DNA from: a virus
Lineage: Duplodnaviria; Caudoviricetes
Direction: 5' to 3' (one strand)
Virus record (IMG/VR): IMGVR_UViG_3300005077_000044
Location: 1 to 39,622 of that record
DNA: 39,622 nt
Positions within the stretch are counted from its first letter, which is position 1. The number at the start of each line of letters is the position of its first letter. The notes beneath the pieces were generated by a model, which was not told where the DNA came from, did no database searches, and saw only the letters and a program-made list of their open reading frames with translations. Both the position numbers and the translations under genes were made by a program. Positions 1 through 8,841 of this stretch are shown in pieces.

Positions 1-1
1 C

Positions 2-3000
2 CTCCTAGGAGGACTTATTTCATTACCATTTAATCTCATCAAAGGTCTTTTCAGTGGAATTGGAAGTTTATTTGGATTCGGTGGAGATCAAGAACCATCT
101 AAATTTGCTGATGGTGGATTGGTGACTACAAGATCTGAGTCGGAACGTCCATGGCAAAATACTGGCAATACTGTCAAGGAGTCTAAAGGTAAGAAAAAGA
201 CCGAGTGGTGGAAATACCTATTAATGGCTCTTCCATTGCTCATGATGGGTAATAAAGGGAAGCAAGGAGGTGGTACAGAAAAGCAGAAAGCTGGTGGTGG
301 GGGTAGTAAAAAACAAGCTCCACCCTCATCTCGAGGTCCGGCCGGAGCCTCTGAAGAATTTAAAGAGGAATACCAATATAGAGAGCCCGAAGGTGAGACA
401 CCTCCCGCTTCAGAAGAGTCAGGACTTGGACCATTTGAGAGTGCTTCTTTGACCAGTGAGGAACCTTTCGGTTTTGAACCTGAATATGATATGCCTATGG
501 CTGAATATGATATGCCTATGGCTGAATATGATATGCCTATGGCTGAATATGATATGCCTATGGCTGAATATGATATGCTTGATGCAGAGTTTCAAAGAGG
601 TGGGTATGTACAAAAATTTGCGGATGGTGGAACTGTCGGTTATTCACCTATCTACACTTCACCCGGGCTGCAAAAGAAATCTACGACCTCCAAGAAGAAA
701 CTTGAATGGTGGCATTATCTACTGATGGCTCTTCCTCTACTCATGATGAGTAACAACAAGAAATCAGGTGAAGAGAAGAAATCTGGCAAAGCGCCTAAAG
801 AACCTCAAAAAGAGCTTCCACGCAAAGAGTCCCCACCCACTTCTGAGAATGTTCCACCTATCGCAGAAGTTCCGCCTCCACCCTTAGAAGAACTCCCCGC
901 TCCTTCTGGAGAGCTTTCTTCATCTTCGCCGGGATCAAGTGCTCTTGAGGGTACTTCTTTTATGGAGGCTGGATTTGATTATGCAATACCGGAGGAGGAA
1001 TTCGCCCCAATACAAGATGTAAGCAGCATTGAGGCAGGCTATTCAGAATTTGAAAGCACCGAATTTATCCCTGAGTTGTACGCCCGGATGGGTGGACTTG
1101 TTCAGTATTTCGCGGATGGCGGTAGCGTAATGCCAGGTACCCCTCCTTATACCCTTAAAACGGAGCAGAAGTCATCTTCCAAGAAGAAGAAAAAGACCGA
1201 GTGGTGGAAATACCTATTAATGGCTCTTCCATTGCTCATGATGGGTAATAAAGGGAAGCAAGGAGGTGGTGCTAAAGGCGGCGGTGCTAAAGGCGGAGGG
1301 GCTAAGCAGCGTCAACCTCAAAGAGGTGGTGGCGGTAGTAGAGGTGGTGGCGGTAGTAGAGGTGGTGGCGGTAGTAGAGGCGAAAGTGCATATGATACTG
1401 AACCAAGAACTTCCGAAATGCAAGAGTTGCCACCCCCACCACCTGAAGAAACTGTGCAGCCCATGAGCCTTGAAGGTGAAATGGATCAGACTTTGTTTGA
1501 TTCCGGGTACGATCTTGGCCTTGAAGGTGCTGATTTCTATACTTCCGATTTCGAATCTGACTTATATGCCCCTAACATGTTCATGTCCGATTTCGACTTT
1601 GAAACACCTGATTATGGCTTTGACACGATATCTCCAGATTACTCTATGCCTGATTTTGGTGGCTTCGATAGTGGTTTTGATATGGGTGGCTTCGAATCGC
1701 CTGACTACGGTTTTGATTTTGGCGGCTTTGATAGCGGTTTTGATTTTGGCGGCTTTGATAGTGGTCTTGATTTTGATATGGGGTTCCAGAAAGGTGGCCT
1801 AGTTCGTAAATTTGCGGATGGAGGCTTTGTTGAAGGTTTTGCAGAAGGTTTTGATGATATTGATCTAGATACTGAGCATAGCTCCGCAAGTCCTTTTGAA
1901 GGCCAAGAACTCTTTCCATTTAGCAGTGTCGGCATGTTACCTTCTGTAGGTGAATCTTCTATCCCAGGTCTTGAAAGTATTGGAAAGGGTATGGAAGATT
2001 TTACTGACAAGATGAACGAGCAACTGTTCGGCCAAATGATTCAAATGGGAATAGGAGCTCTTGGCATGGTCGGAAAGATGTTCCGCCTCGGTGGCCTTGT
2101 TCAGAGATTCGCCGAAGGTGGAGAAGTTCAAGAACCTGGATTTCTCTCATCTATCATGAGTTGGCTAGGACCTTCTCAAGCTCATGCAATGGAACCTGAA
2201 GAATTGCGCCCCCAGCTTGAGCCTGGTTGGAATGAAGTTATAAAAGGTACTCCATATACAGACCGTGCCGTAAATATGGAAGCTGCGAGGTTAGGGGCTC
2301 AAGATGTTACTAACTTCCTTGAATCCCATGAATTTGTGGGTGGGCCCAAAAGGTTTAATATCCTTAAATATTTACATGAGGCTCGAGGTGGCAACATCTC
2401 GGATCGTGGCGGCGCTTACTTTAAAAACACTGGTAATACGCCCGCATCAGGGCTTCTTGATTCAATAGATGTGAATGCCCCCGCTGGATCTGGTACACCT
2501 GATACTATCCGCAGAGAAACTGCGAATACGATTTTTCATGAAGCGGTTCACAGTTTGCAGAGACAGGGGCGCGAACTTGCCCCTTGGCTTGAACATATTG
2601 ACCCTCGAGTCACTTTGAAATGGGCTGAAGAAGTTGCCCTCAAAGCCAAAGGTTCTACCTATAATACAGAATATTATGCTGACCCTTATGAAGTAATGGC
2701 CCGCGGGGTTGCGGGGCACTTAAATCAAATCATGAATCCTGAGTATGGTATTAACACGATACAACCTGCAGGAGGAAAATCTGATCGTACAAAACTCGCG
2801 GGGGGTCATATGGAGATAATGGGGTGGCCTCCTCAATATGATGCAATGTTTAAAGAAATTGCAATGGGTATTGCATCAGGCGAGGTACCAGAACCTCCTC
2901 CGTCTCAAATGGGTGCTATCGATAAAATTTTGAGATATTTCTACATGCTTCGAAATATGCCAAGTGCTCAGAGGTATCAAACGGGTGGGTCAGTTCCAGG

Positions 3001-3376
3001 ATCTGGTAGCGGAGATATTGTGCCGGCTATGCTTGAACCTGGTGAGTTTGTTATCAACAAACCTACAGTCGAATTTTTTGGTTCTCAATTCTTCCATTCA
3101 TTACAACATATGTCTAAGAGTAGAGAACAAGCTATGCCTGAAGTGGTTCTCGGCTCGGCCAACCAAAAAATTCAATTACCTAAATTCCAAGAAGGTGGCC
3201 TGGTGACGCCCGGAATTCAACCAGCCGCTGCGTCTGGACCCGTTAATGTAACAGTGGCAACTGTTGTTGATGAGAGCTCAGTTGACCAGTTTATGAGTAC
3301 TAAGAAATACGGTGATGTCTTCGTCAACAAGATTGGCTCACGAATTACACGCCGTATGGGTGGGAAGAATAGATAA
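2..3376 (+). CDS. Tape-measure-like tail protein, C-terminal part (5'-truncated by the window edge), with repeated xxxGGxV-delimited modules and a zincin-like HEXXH domain
   Basis: The frame is open from base 2 (LLGGLISLPFNLIKGLFSGIGSLFG..FADGG), so the called start at 119 is not the true start. It has a typical TMP C-terminal motif (GGSVPGSGSGDIVPAMLEPGEFVI) and lies directly upstream of the tail-tip cassette. Confidence 0.75.
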   Translation, partial: LLGGLISLPFNLIKGLFSGIGSLFGFGGDQEPSKFADGGLVTTRSESERPWQNTGNTVKESKGKKKTEWWKYLLMALPLLMMGNKGKQGGGTEKQKAGGGGSKKQAPPSSRGPAGASEEFKEEYQYREPEGETPPASEESGLGPFESASLTSEEPFGFEPEYDMPMAEYDMPMAEYDMPMAEYDMPMAEYDMLDAEFQRGGYVQKFADGGTVGYSPIYTSPGLQKKSTTSKKKLEWWHYLLMALPLLMMSNNKKSGEEKKSGKAPKEPQKELPRKESPPTSENVPPIAEVPPPPLEELPAPSGELSSSSPGSSALEGTSFMEAGFDYAIPEEEFAPIQDVSSIEAGYSEFESTEFIPELYARMGGLVQYFADGGSVMPGTPPYTLKTEQKSSSKKKKKTEWWKYLLMALPLLMMGNKGKQGGGAKGGGAKGGGAKQRQPQRGGGGSRGGGGSRGGGGSRGESAYDTEPRTSEMQELPPPPPEETVQPMSLEGEMDQTLFDSGYDLGLEGADFYTSDFESDLYAPNMFMSDFDFETPDYGFDTISPDYSMPDFGGFDSGFDMGGFESPDYGFDFGGFDSGFDFGGFDSGLDFDMGFQKGGLVRKFADGGFVEGFAEGFDDIDLDTEHSSASPFEGQELFPFSSVGMLPSVGESSIPGLESIGKGMEDFTDKMNEQLFGQMIQMGIGALGMVGKMFRLGGLVQRFAEGGEVQEPGFLSSIMSWLGPSQAHAMEPEELRPQLEPGWNEVIKGTPYTDRAVNMEAARLGAQDVTNFLESHEFVGGPKRFNILKYLHEARGGNISDRGGAYFKNTGNTPASGLLDSIDVNAPAGSGTPDTIRRETANTIFHEAVHSLQRQGRELAPWLEHIDPRVTLKWAEEVALKAKGSTYNTEYYADPYEVMARGVAGHLNQIMNPEYGINTIQPAGGKSDRTKLAGGHMEIMGWPPQYDAMFKEIAMGIASGEVPEPPPSQMGAIDKILRYFYMLRNMPSAQRYQTGGSVPGSGSGDIVPAMLEPGEFVINKPTVEFFGSQFFHSLQHMSKSREQAMPEVVLGSANQKIQLPKFQEGGLVTPGIQPAAASGPVNVTVATVVDESSVDQFMSTKKYGDVFVNKIGSRITRRMGGKNR
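191..274 (+). repeat. 84-bp exact direct repeat, copy 1 (copy 2 at 1187-1270), encoding KKKTEWWKYLLMALPLLMMGNKGKQGGG
   Basis: The nucleotide sequence is identical at 191-274 and 1187-1270. A diverged third copy lies at about 692-760. Confidence 0.95.
481..579 (+). repeat. 21-bp tandem repeat, about 4.7 copies (TGAATATGATATGCCTATGGC; EYDMPMA)
   Basis: Directly visible, in frame within the TMP-like gene. Confidence 0.95.
1187..1270 (+). repeat. 84-bp exact direct repeat, copy 2
   Basis: Identical to 191-274. Confidence 0.95.
1322..1380 (+). repeat. 18-bp tandem repeat x3 (AGAGGTGGTGGCGGTAGT; RGGGGS)
   Basis: Directly visible. Confidence 0.95.
1709..1762 (+). repeat. 27-bp tandem repeat x2 (GFDFGGFDS) in an acidic/aromatic low-complexity tract
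   Basis: Directly visible, with degenerate copies on either side. Confidence 0.9.
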
Positions 3377-3594
3377 TGCCACGTTTAAGAAAACTCATGC
3401 CACGCCCCGTCGTTATTTTGATGCTGACATTTGCATTTCCAAGTTTAGTAACTACGGCTTGGTGGTACGGATGGGCAACGCTTGGAGAGACATTCATTGC
3501 CTCTCAAATTGCCCTACTTTCTTTTCAAATTCAGAAACATTGTTGGAGTGAAGATGATTTCTTCACTGTTCGCAGCTTTTTCATTAGGAAATAA
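3376..3594 (+). CDS. Small protein, possibly a truncated remnant of a distal-tail (DUF2460-like) gene
   Basis: TAATG coupling to the TMP stop. It occupies the Dit slot, and its end (WSEDDFFTVRSFFIRK) resembles the L..FF..R.G..F motif but stops before it is complete. Confidence 0.45.
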   Translation: MPRLRKLMPRPVVILMLTFAFPSLVTTAWWYGWATLGETFIASQIALLSFQIQKHCWSEDDFFTVRSFFIRK

Positions 3595-3596
3595 CT

Positions 3597-4415
3597 ATGA
3601 AGTGTTATTTATACGCCATTACAGCTGGGACTGAATATGAGTTGTATGTTACCAATGATAACTACAGTCATACCTATAATAGCGTGACCTATGCAGCGAG
3701 TGCTATGGAGTGTAAAGAATTTTCTTTTGATATCAAAGAGTTAATGGGCGAGGCCAGTGTTTCCATCCCCTGGGAACAAGCGGGATTCTTGAGAAACTTT
3801 ACTAGTCGCGCGATTGAGCCTATTGTTGAAATTGAGGTGTATCATTACAACACTTCTACGAGTGCTGCAAGCCTGGTCTTTAAAGGTTTTGTCAACTCTT
3901 TTAAGGTTGCAAAAGCGAAAATTGATTTAGGCTGCCTTTCATTTGTGGAGCAGTGTAGGGATAGCTATCCTCGAATCTGTCTTTCCCGACATTGCTGCCG
4001 TCGAGTTTATGATTCTGGATGTGGCCTTTCTGTCGGGGATTGGACCGAAAACTTTACAATTACTGGAATTTCATCGGATGGACTTACAATTACTGGAACT
4101 GGTCCTGCTCATGAAGCGGAATGGTTTACCTACGGGTATATAAAAAGTCCCTCAAATCCTGCGGGAGCTGCACGCTACATTGTCGGAAACGATTACAGTG
4201 GATCAGCTCACTCACTTTATTTAATGCATCCCTGCCCAACGGCTTGGTATGTAAATCAAATTGTAACAGTAACCGCTGGTTGCGATAAATCAACTACAAC
4301 ATGCTCAAGTAAGTTTAACAACTATGCAAACTTTTTGGGATTCCCGTTTGCGCCGTACGAATCGATTCGGTATACGGGGTTGAGGACTGAAACGGTTGAA
4401 AAGAGCAAGAAGTAA
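3597..4415 (+). CDS. Tail-tip/baseplate hub protein, DUF2163 / BR0599 family
   Basis: C....YDSGCG and the C-terminal AGCDKSTTTCSSKFNNYANFLGFPFAP signature; 272 aa; follows the TMP. Confidence 0.9.
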   Translation: MKCYLYAITAGTEYELYVTNDNYSHTYNSVTYAASAMECKEFSFDIKELMGEASVSIPWEQAGFLRNFTSRAIEPIVEIEVYHYNTSTSAASLVFKGFVNSFKVAKAKIDLGCLSFVEQCRDSYPRICLSRHCCRRVYDSGCGLSVGDWTENFTITGISSDGLTITGTGPAHEAEWFTYGYIKSPSNPAGAARYIVGNDYSGSAHSLYLMHPCPTAWYVNQIVTVTAGCDKSTTTCSSKFNNYANFLGFPFAPYESIRYTGLRTETVEKSKK

Positions 4416-4860
4416 TCTCCTGGAAGAGTTTCTTCGTGAAGCTGATTCTTGGGTCGGTACTCCATATAAATTTAATGGTTGCGCGAAAGGTAGGGGAACC
4501 AACTGTGTCGTCTATGCACTTAAATGTATGCAAGACATACTACCTGAGGATTCAGTACCGATAGGTGGATGGAAATATACTCATGAAAATGTAGTGAAGA
4601 AACGTTTAAATGTTGTTATGCCTGAGATGCTTAAAGTAGGTAGAGAAATTTCGTTGGCTGAAATACGTCCCGGGGATATTGCCTTCATCCAGTACGCCGG
4701 CATTCCCGTATGTCCGGCAATTTATATGGGTGAGGAGCGGTTTGTTTTTTGTATCAATCCAACTGGCGTGTTCAACATGATGCTGCCGAGGAATATGCAC
4801 CGCCGCATTGTGTCTGTAATTCGCATAAAATGTTTTGATGGAGATGAAGATGGCGGGTGA
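4396..4860 (+). CDS. NlpC/P60-family tail-associated protein (catalytic His apparently missing)
   Basis: ADSWVGTPY...GTNC and IRPGDIAF motifs; standard position after the BR0599 gene. Confidence 0.8.
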   Translation: MKRARSNLLEEFLREADSWVGTPYKFNGCAKGRGTNCVVYALKCMQDILPEDSVPIGGWKYTHENVVKKRLNVVMPEMLKVGREISLAEIRPGDIAFIQYAGIPVCPAIYMGEERFVFCINPTGVFNMMLPRNMHRRIVSVIRIKCFDGDEDGG

Positions 4861-5101
4861 AATGGGAATGTGGCTAGCAAATTTAGCCTTGATGGGGACG
4901 GCTTATTCAATGTATAATGAGCCGTCAAGTGATGAAGGTATTGACGAAGCTCCCTTAGCAGAGTTTAAACTATCTGCGGTAAGACTGGGTACGCCAATTC
5001 CGATCGTTTACGGTTTAGCAAAAATCGGTGGTTGTATGATCGAATGGGGTGATTGGACGGTAGTTGTTCATGAAAATGAAATGAGCAAGAAAGCGGGTTA
5101 A
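4850..5101 (+). CDS. Small tail-tip assembly protein
   Basis: GTPIPIVYG...IEWGD motif. The start is uncertain (4835, 4844 or 4850). Confidence 0.75.
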   Translation: MAGEMGMWLANLALMGTAYSMYNEPSSDEGIDEAPLAEFKLSAVRLGTPIPIVYGLAKIGGCMIEWGDWTVVVHENEMSKKAG

Positions 5102-5107
5102 TGCCAG

Positions 5108-7207
5108 ATGGGAAAACCTGAAGTCCATGTTTATACATATACTTACCGGATCCGTACCGCGATTGCGATTTGCTATGGGCCAATTGATAAATTTTATCGA
5201 TTGGATTTTAATAGCGACTTCGAAATTTATGATGCATCCGCCGGTTCTGGTAGTACGCCTCTATCGTTCTCGACTGGGGATAATATTTTATACGGCTCCC
5301 TTCATTGGGGAACTAGTGACCAAGGTAATGACTACAACCTATCCCAAATGCATGGCGGTTCAACATTATATTACCGCAATGTCTGCTACGCTTCATTCCA
5401 CCTAGATCTAGGTCATGGCCCCTCAATGCCCGCCACTGCATTCACTGTTGCAAGGTGGCCGGATGTTTTTAATGACAATAAATTAGATCAAATTTTTAGT
5501 ACATCTTGGGGGTTTAATCCCGCCTCCGTTGTTTATGATCTCTTAACAAACACAATCTATGGATTTGCTATTGCCGCCACCTATATCGACACGGACTCAT
5601 TCGAAGACGCTCGATCCACAGTTTATAGTGAAGGTTTCGGCTTTAGTACCTGCATCCAATCTGGGGATTTATATACTGTAATCAGATCAGCTTTGGACTG
5701 GATGGATGGTGAGCTGCTTTACGACGAAACTTCGGGGAAAATTAAATTGAGGTTACGTCGGGAGGATTATAATGAGGCGGAGTTGATCGAAGTAACTCAA
5801 TCAGACATGAGGGCTCAGACCTTCGACTTAACTCGACCCTCTTGGTATTCCACTAAAAATGTGATTTATGTGGCCTTCTCTGACGTGTACAGAGAGTGCG
5901 ATCAGAATATTGTGTATTCAGAGGACTTGGGGAATTTCAATCTTACCAACAATTTAAGGGTCCAAGAATTTAACTTTGATGTATTTATAGACTCAGATAC
6001 TGCTCAAAGGGTGGCGAACAGACTTCTTTCAAAAAATTCATATCCATATGCTCGTGTCTCCTTCGAGTGCTTTGCATCGAAGGGGGAGTCTATTAAAATT
6101 TTTGATCCAATAAGAGTGCGCCACTCATATTACGGCGTCGATGCCATCTTCAGAGTCACCGAGAAAAGATATGAGGGGGCCAATTTATGGAAAATTGAGG
6201 CCGTTGAAGAGAAATTCCCTGCGACTCAAATTTATGACGTCCCCGCAGAGGAGCCATATGATCCGTACGTTAGTGGGGGTTACACCGAGAAGTATACCGT
6301 GACTTGGTATTATCGATATCTTGAAACCAAGTATCGGGGCCTCCTGATTTTGGGGTATACTCCAGATGGAACAACGCCCTGCACTTTGGCATCGTTCCGA
6401 GTGGATACAGACTACTTTGCAGAGACTAAGAGGTATGGAAGCGTAGGCCTTTTAGCGTCCTCTTTGTCTGCCGATCATGATGCTACCATCTATATCACCC
6501 TGGATAAACATTTTGAGCAAGACGCAACCACATTGAAGTATGTACTCATTGACGATGAAATATTTGGAATCGACTCAGCTGAGTTGGATGGTGATTATAT
6601 AGTGTACACATCATCCCTTAGCAACAGGGGTTTGGAAGAAACGGTAAAAGCCACCCACCTTGCTGGAGCTCGAGTTTTTGTTATAGAGTGCCGCGCTATC
6701 GGGTCTTCATCTCAAATTCCCGATACTGAATTGACATACACTATTACACCTATATATAGTAACCCCACGCCGTATGCCGATAGAGATGGGTCTCAAACCT
6801 TTGATTATACATATCAAGGTTTAATCAAGAAGCCCTCGCCTCCTAAAGATATTTCTACTTCCCCCTCATCACCTACATCTCATGATGATATTACATTTAG
6901 TTGGTTAAGAGATAATAGAGTAAGCCCCATTCCAGTGCCCTGTGCTGGATTATCTGCTTACCCTACTACTGATACCGGTGACGGGTTAGAGGATCAAATT
7001 TATGGTTGGCGGCTAAAGTATTTCACGTCGGCGGGTGTAACTCCGAATCTTACTGTTGAGCTCAACCCCTCCGTCATGTCACACACTTCAACCGTTACGG
7101 ATCGAGCAGCAGCTGGTATGACCTATGGTGCCTTTAGATTAGAAGTATATGCTATGGGTCTCTATGGTTATGATGGGGGTCCAGCTACTTATGAAATAAT
7201 GTCCTAG
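5108..7207 (+). CDS. Central tail / tip attachment protein (Phage-tail_3 / GTA-like)
   Basis: ICYGPID, NPASVVYDLLTN..YG, IDTDSF, GKIKLRLRREDY and AQRVANRLL motifs. Confidence 0.85.
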   Translation: MGKPEVHVYTYTYRIRTAIAICYGPIDKFYRLDFNSDFEIYDASAGSGSTPLSFSTGDNILYGSLHWGTSDQGNDYNLSQMHGGSTLYYRNVCYASFHLDLGHGPSMPATAFTVARWPDVFNDNKLDQIFSTSWGFNPASVVYDLLTNTIYGFAIAATYIDTDSFEDARSTVYSEGFGFSTCIQSGDLYTVIRSALDWMDGELLYDETSGKIKLRLRREDYNEAELIEVTQSDMRAQTFDLTRPSWYSTKNVIYVAFSDVYRECDQNIVYSEDLGNFNLTNNLRVQEFNFDVFIDSDTAQRVANRLLSKNSYPYARVSFECFASKGESIKIFDPIRVRHSYYGVDAIFRVTEKRYEGANLWKIEAVEEKFPATQIYDVPAEEPYDPYVSGGYTEKYTVTWYYRYLETKYRGLLILGYTPDGTTPCTLASFRVDTDYFAETKRYGSVGLLASSLSADHDATIYITLDKHFEQDATTLKYVLIDDEIFGIDSAELDGDYIVYTSSLSNRGLEETVKATHLAGARVFVIECRAIGSSSQIPDTELTYTITPIYSNPTPYADRDGSQTFDYTYQGLIKKPSPPKDISTSPSSPTSHDDITFSWLRDNRVSPIPVPCAGLSAYPTTDTGDGLEDQIYGWRLKYFTSAGVTPNLTVELNPSVMSHTSTVTDRAAAGMTYGAFRLEVYAMGLYGYDGGPATYEIMS

Positions 7208-7216
7208 GAGGAGAAA

Positions 7217-7768
7217 ATGCCGCTCAATTTACCTCAATATGATGTAACAAGGCTGTCAATCGGCCCTTCAATTATTTATATTGGAAGTGCTTTAACAACT
7301 CCAACTACCGATCTAGGTGCCGTAACTTCAGCTGAAGTTAAGGTGAATGTTGAGCTTAACAAATTCTTTTCTGGGTCTCCCGCAGTACCTCATTGGTATC
7401 ACTTTAAAAACGCTGAGGTGTCTCTATCTGTAAAAGGGTTAGAGTGGAATTTAGACAAATTACGTCAAGTAACCGGAGGTTATTTTTACTCAGAAACTGC
7501 TGGTGGGTTTATAACTGAAACTCTTTATGGGACTTTTGAATTTGTGGAGTCCCTTTCCTTACGTCTTGTCCACCAAACTCCTAGCGGGGCAACATTGATT
7601 TTGGATATCTTTGAAGCAGTTCCTGGAGGTTCAGTTGACTTGAGGTTCGCCGCTAATACTCATGAAATTCCGTATGTCTTCTATGCAGTTACGGCTACCA
7701 CCGATTTTGCTGGAAATACTTTACCTCCGAATACTGCATTCAAATTAGTTTATCAGAAGAGTGTATAG
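7217..7768 (+). CDS. Tail-tube (major tail protein)-like protein
   Basis: AGGAG RBS. The IGPSIIYIG..DLGA..LEWNLDKL pattern and 183-aa size resemble siphoviral tail-tube proteins. Confidence 0.5.
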   Translation: MPLNLPQYDVTRLSIGPSIIYIGSALTTPTTDLGAVTSAEVKVNVELNKFFSGSPAVPHWYHFKNAEVSLSVKGLEWNLDKLRQVTGGYFYSETAGGFITETLYGTFEFVESLSLRLVHQTPSGATLILDIFEAVPGGSVDLRFAANTHEIPYVFYAVTATTDFAGNTLPPNTAFKLVYQKSV

Positions 7769-7776
7769 AGGAAATT

Positions 7777-8823
7777 ATGGCTAATTTATACATGAATGGA
7801 TTTGAATGGGGAACTGTTTTTGAGTGGTCAGCATTTAATCGCATGCCCTCGAGCTCTATTAAATCTTCCGATCCAACACCCAGAACTGGAAACTATTGCT
7901 GTATGCTTGGAGGGTCCGCATCTGATAATCAAGGTGAAGTCTTTTTGCCTCCATCGTCCGAAATTTATTTTCAGTTTGCTCTTTACCTTCCATCCTCTCA
8001 TAGACCTAATCCTGACGAATTTGTGTATTATTATACAAGAGGCGGGGATTACCTAATTGGAGCTCTCTATATAAGTTCAACTGGGGGTCTCTATTTGAAG
8101 ACAATGGACCCCGCCCAGATAACCTCTTCTAATGTTAACTATTTACAATTGCAGGGAGGAGGTACAACCCGGCTATCTACGGATAAATGGTATGTAATTG
8201 AAATCCATTTGAAGCCCCACGTCACTGCAGGAATTTTTGAGATTAGAGTAGATGGTGTTCTTGACTATCAATACTCCGGATGGACTAGTTCAGCAGAATA
8301 TCCCTGGGTTGATCGATTAAGATTTTATGCGTTCTGGTATTGGTATATCGACGACATCGTGGTTAATGATACGTCTGGGAGTGCTAATAATTCATGGCCC
8401 AATTGTATGAAGGTGGTTTTGCTTAGGCCCAATTCAGAAGGTAGTTATGAAGAATGGACTGCTACAGGTGAACAGCGTCACTATGATCACTTAAATGAAG
8501 TGCCCCCATCTATGGATGACTACCTTACGGCTCAAACGTCTGGGTTGAGAGAGTCGTGTCATTATGAAGGCCTACCCGAAGAGGTTGAGACTGTTGCGGT
8601 GGTAAGATCAGATGCCTGGGCCAGCCGATCTAGTGGAAGTACTCTCTCAAAACTTATTTTTGAGGTTATTCCAGGTTCGACGATCTACCAATCAACCGAG
8701 ACCGAATTAGGCCTCGCCAACCTTCTACATTCGTATGCATGGAATTTCAACCCCGAGACTTCTAGCAACTGGACAGTCGATGAAGTAAATACTTTACAGG
8801 GAGGGTTTTGCTCCGAAATTTAG
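7777..8823 (+). CDS. Virion structural protein, ConA-like lectin fold, GFE-family paralog 1
   Basis: MANLYMNGFE, WYVIEIH..RVDG and YIDDIVVND.SG..NNSWP motifs, shared with four other ORFs in the window. Confidence 0.7.
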   Translation: MANLYMNGFEWGTVFEWSAFNRMPSSSIKSSDPTPRTGNYCCMLGGSASDNQGEVFLPPSSEIYFQFALYLPSSHRPNPDEFVYYYTRGGDYLIGALYISSTGGLYLKTMDPAQITSSNVNYLQLQGGGTTRLSTDKWYVIEIHLKPHVTAGIFEIRVDGVLDYQYSGWTSSAEYPWVDRLRFYAFWYWYIDDIVVNDTSGSANNSWPNCMKVVLLRPNSEGSYEEWTATGEQRHYDHLNEVPPSMDDYLTAQTSGLRESCHYEGLPEEVETVAVVRSDAWASRSSGSTLSKLIFEVIPGSTIYQSTETELGLANLLHSYAWNFNPETSSNWTVDEVNTLQGGFCSEI

Positions 8824-8841
8824 GAGTAAAACTTCAAATTA

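Noticed and set aside
5090-5110. In-frame TAA between the small tip gene and the central tail gene, suggesting readthrough, recoding or a pseudogene
   Set aside because: A separate small PIP..G protein ahead of the tail protein is a known arrangement in D3112-like tail modules, and all three stop codons end genes normally elsewhere in the window.
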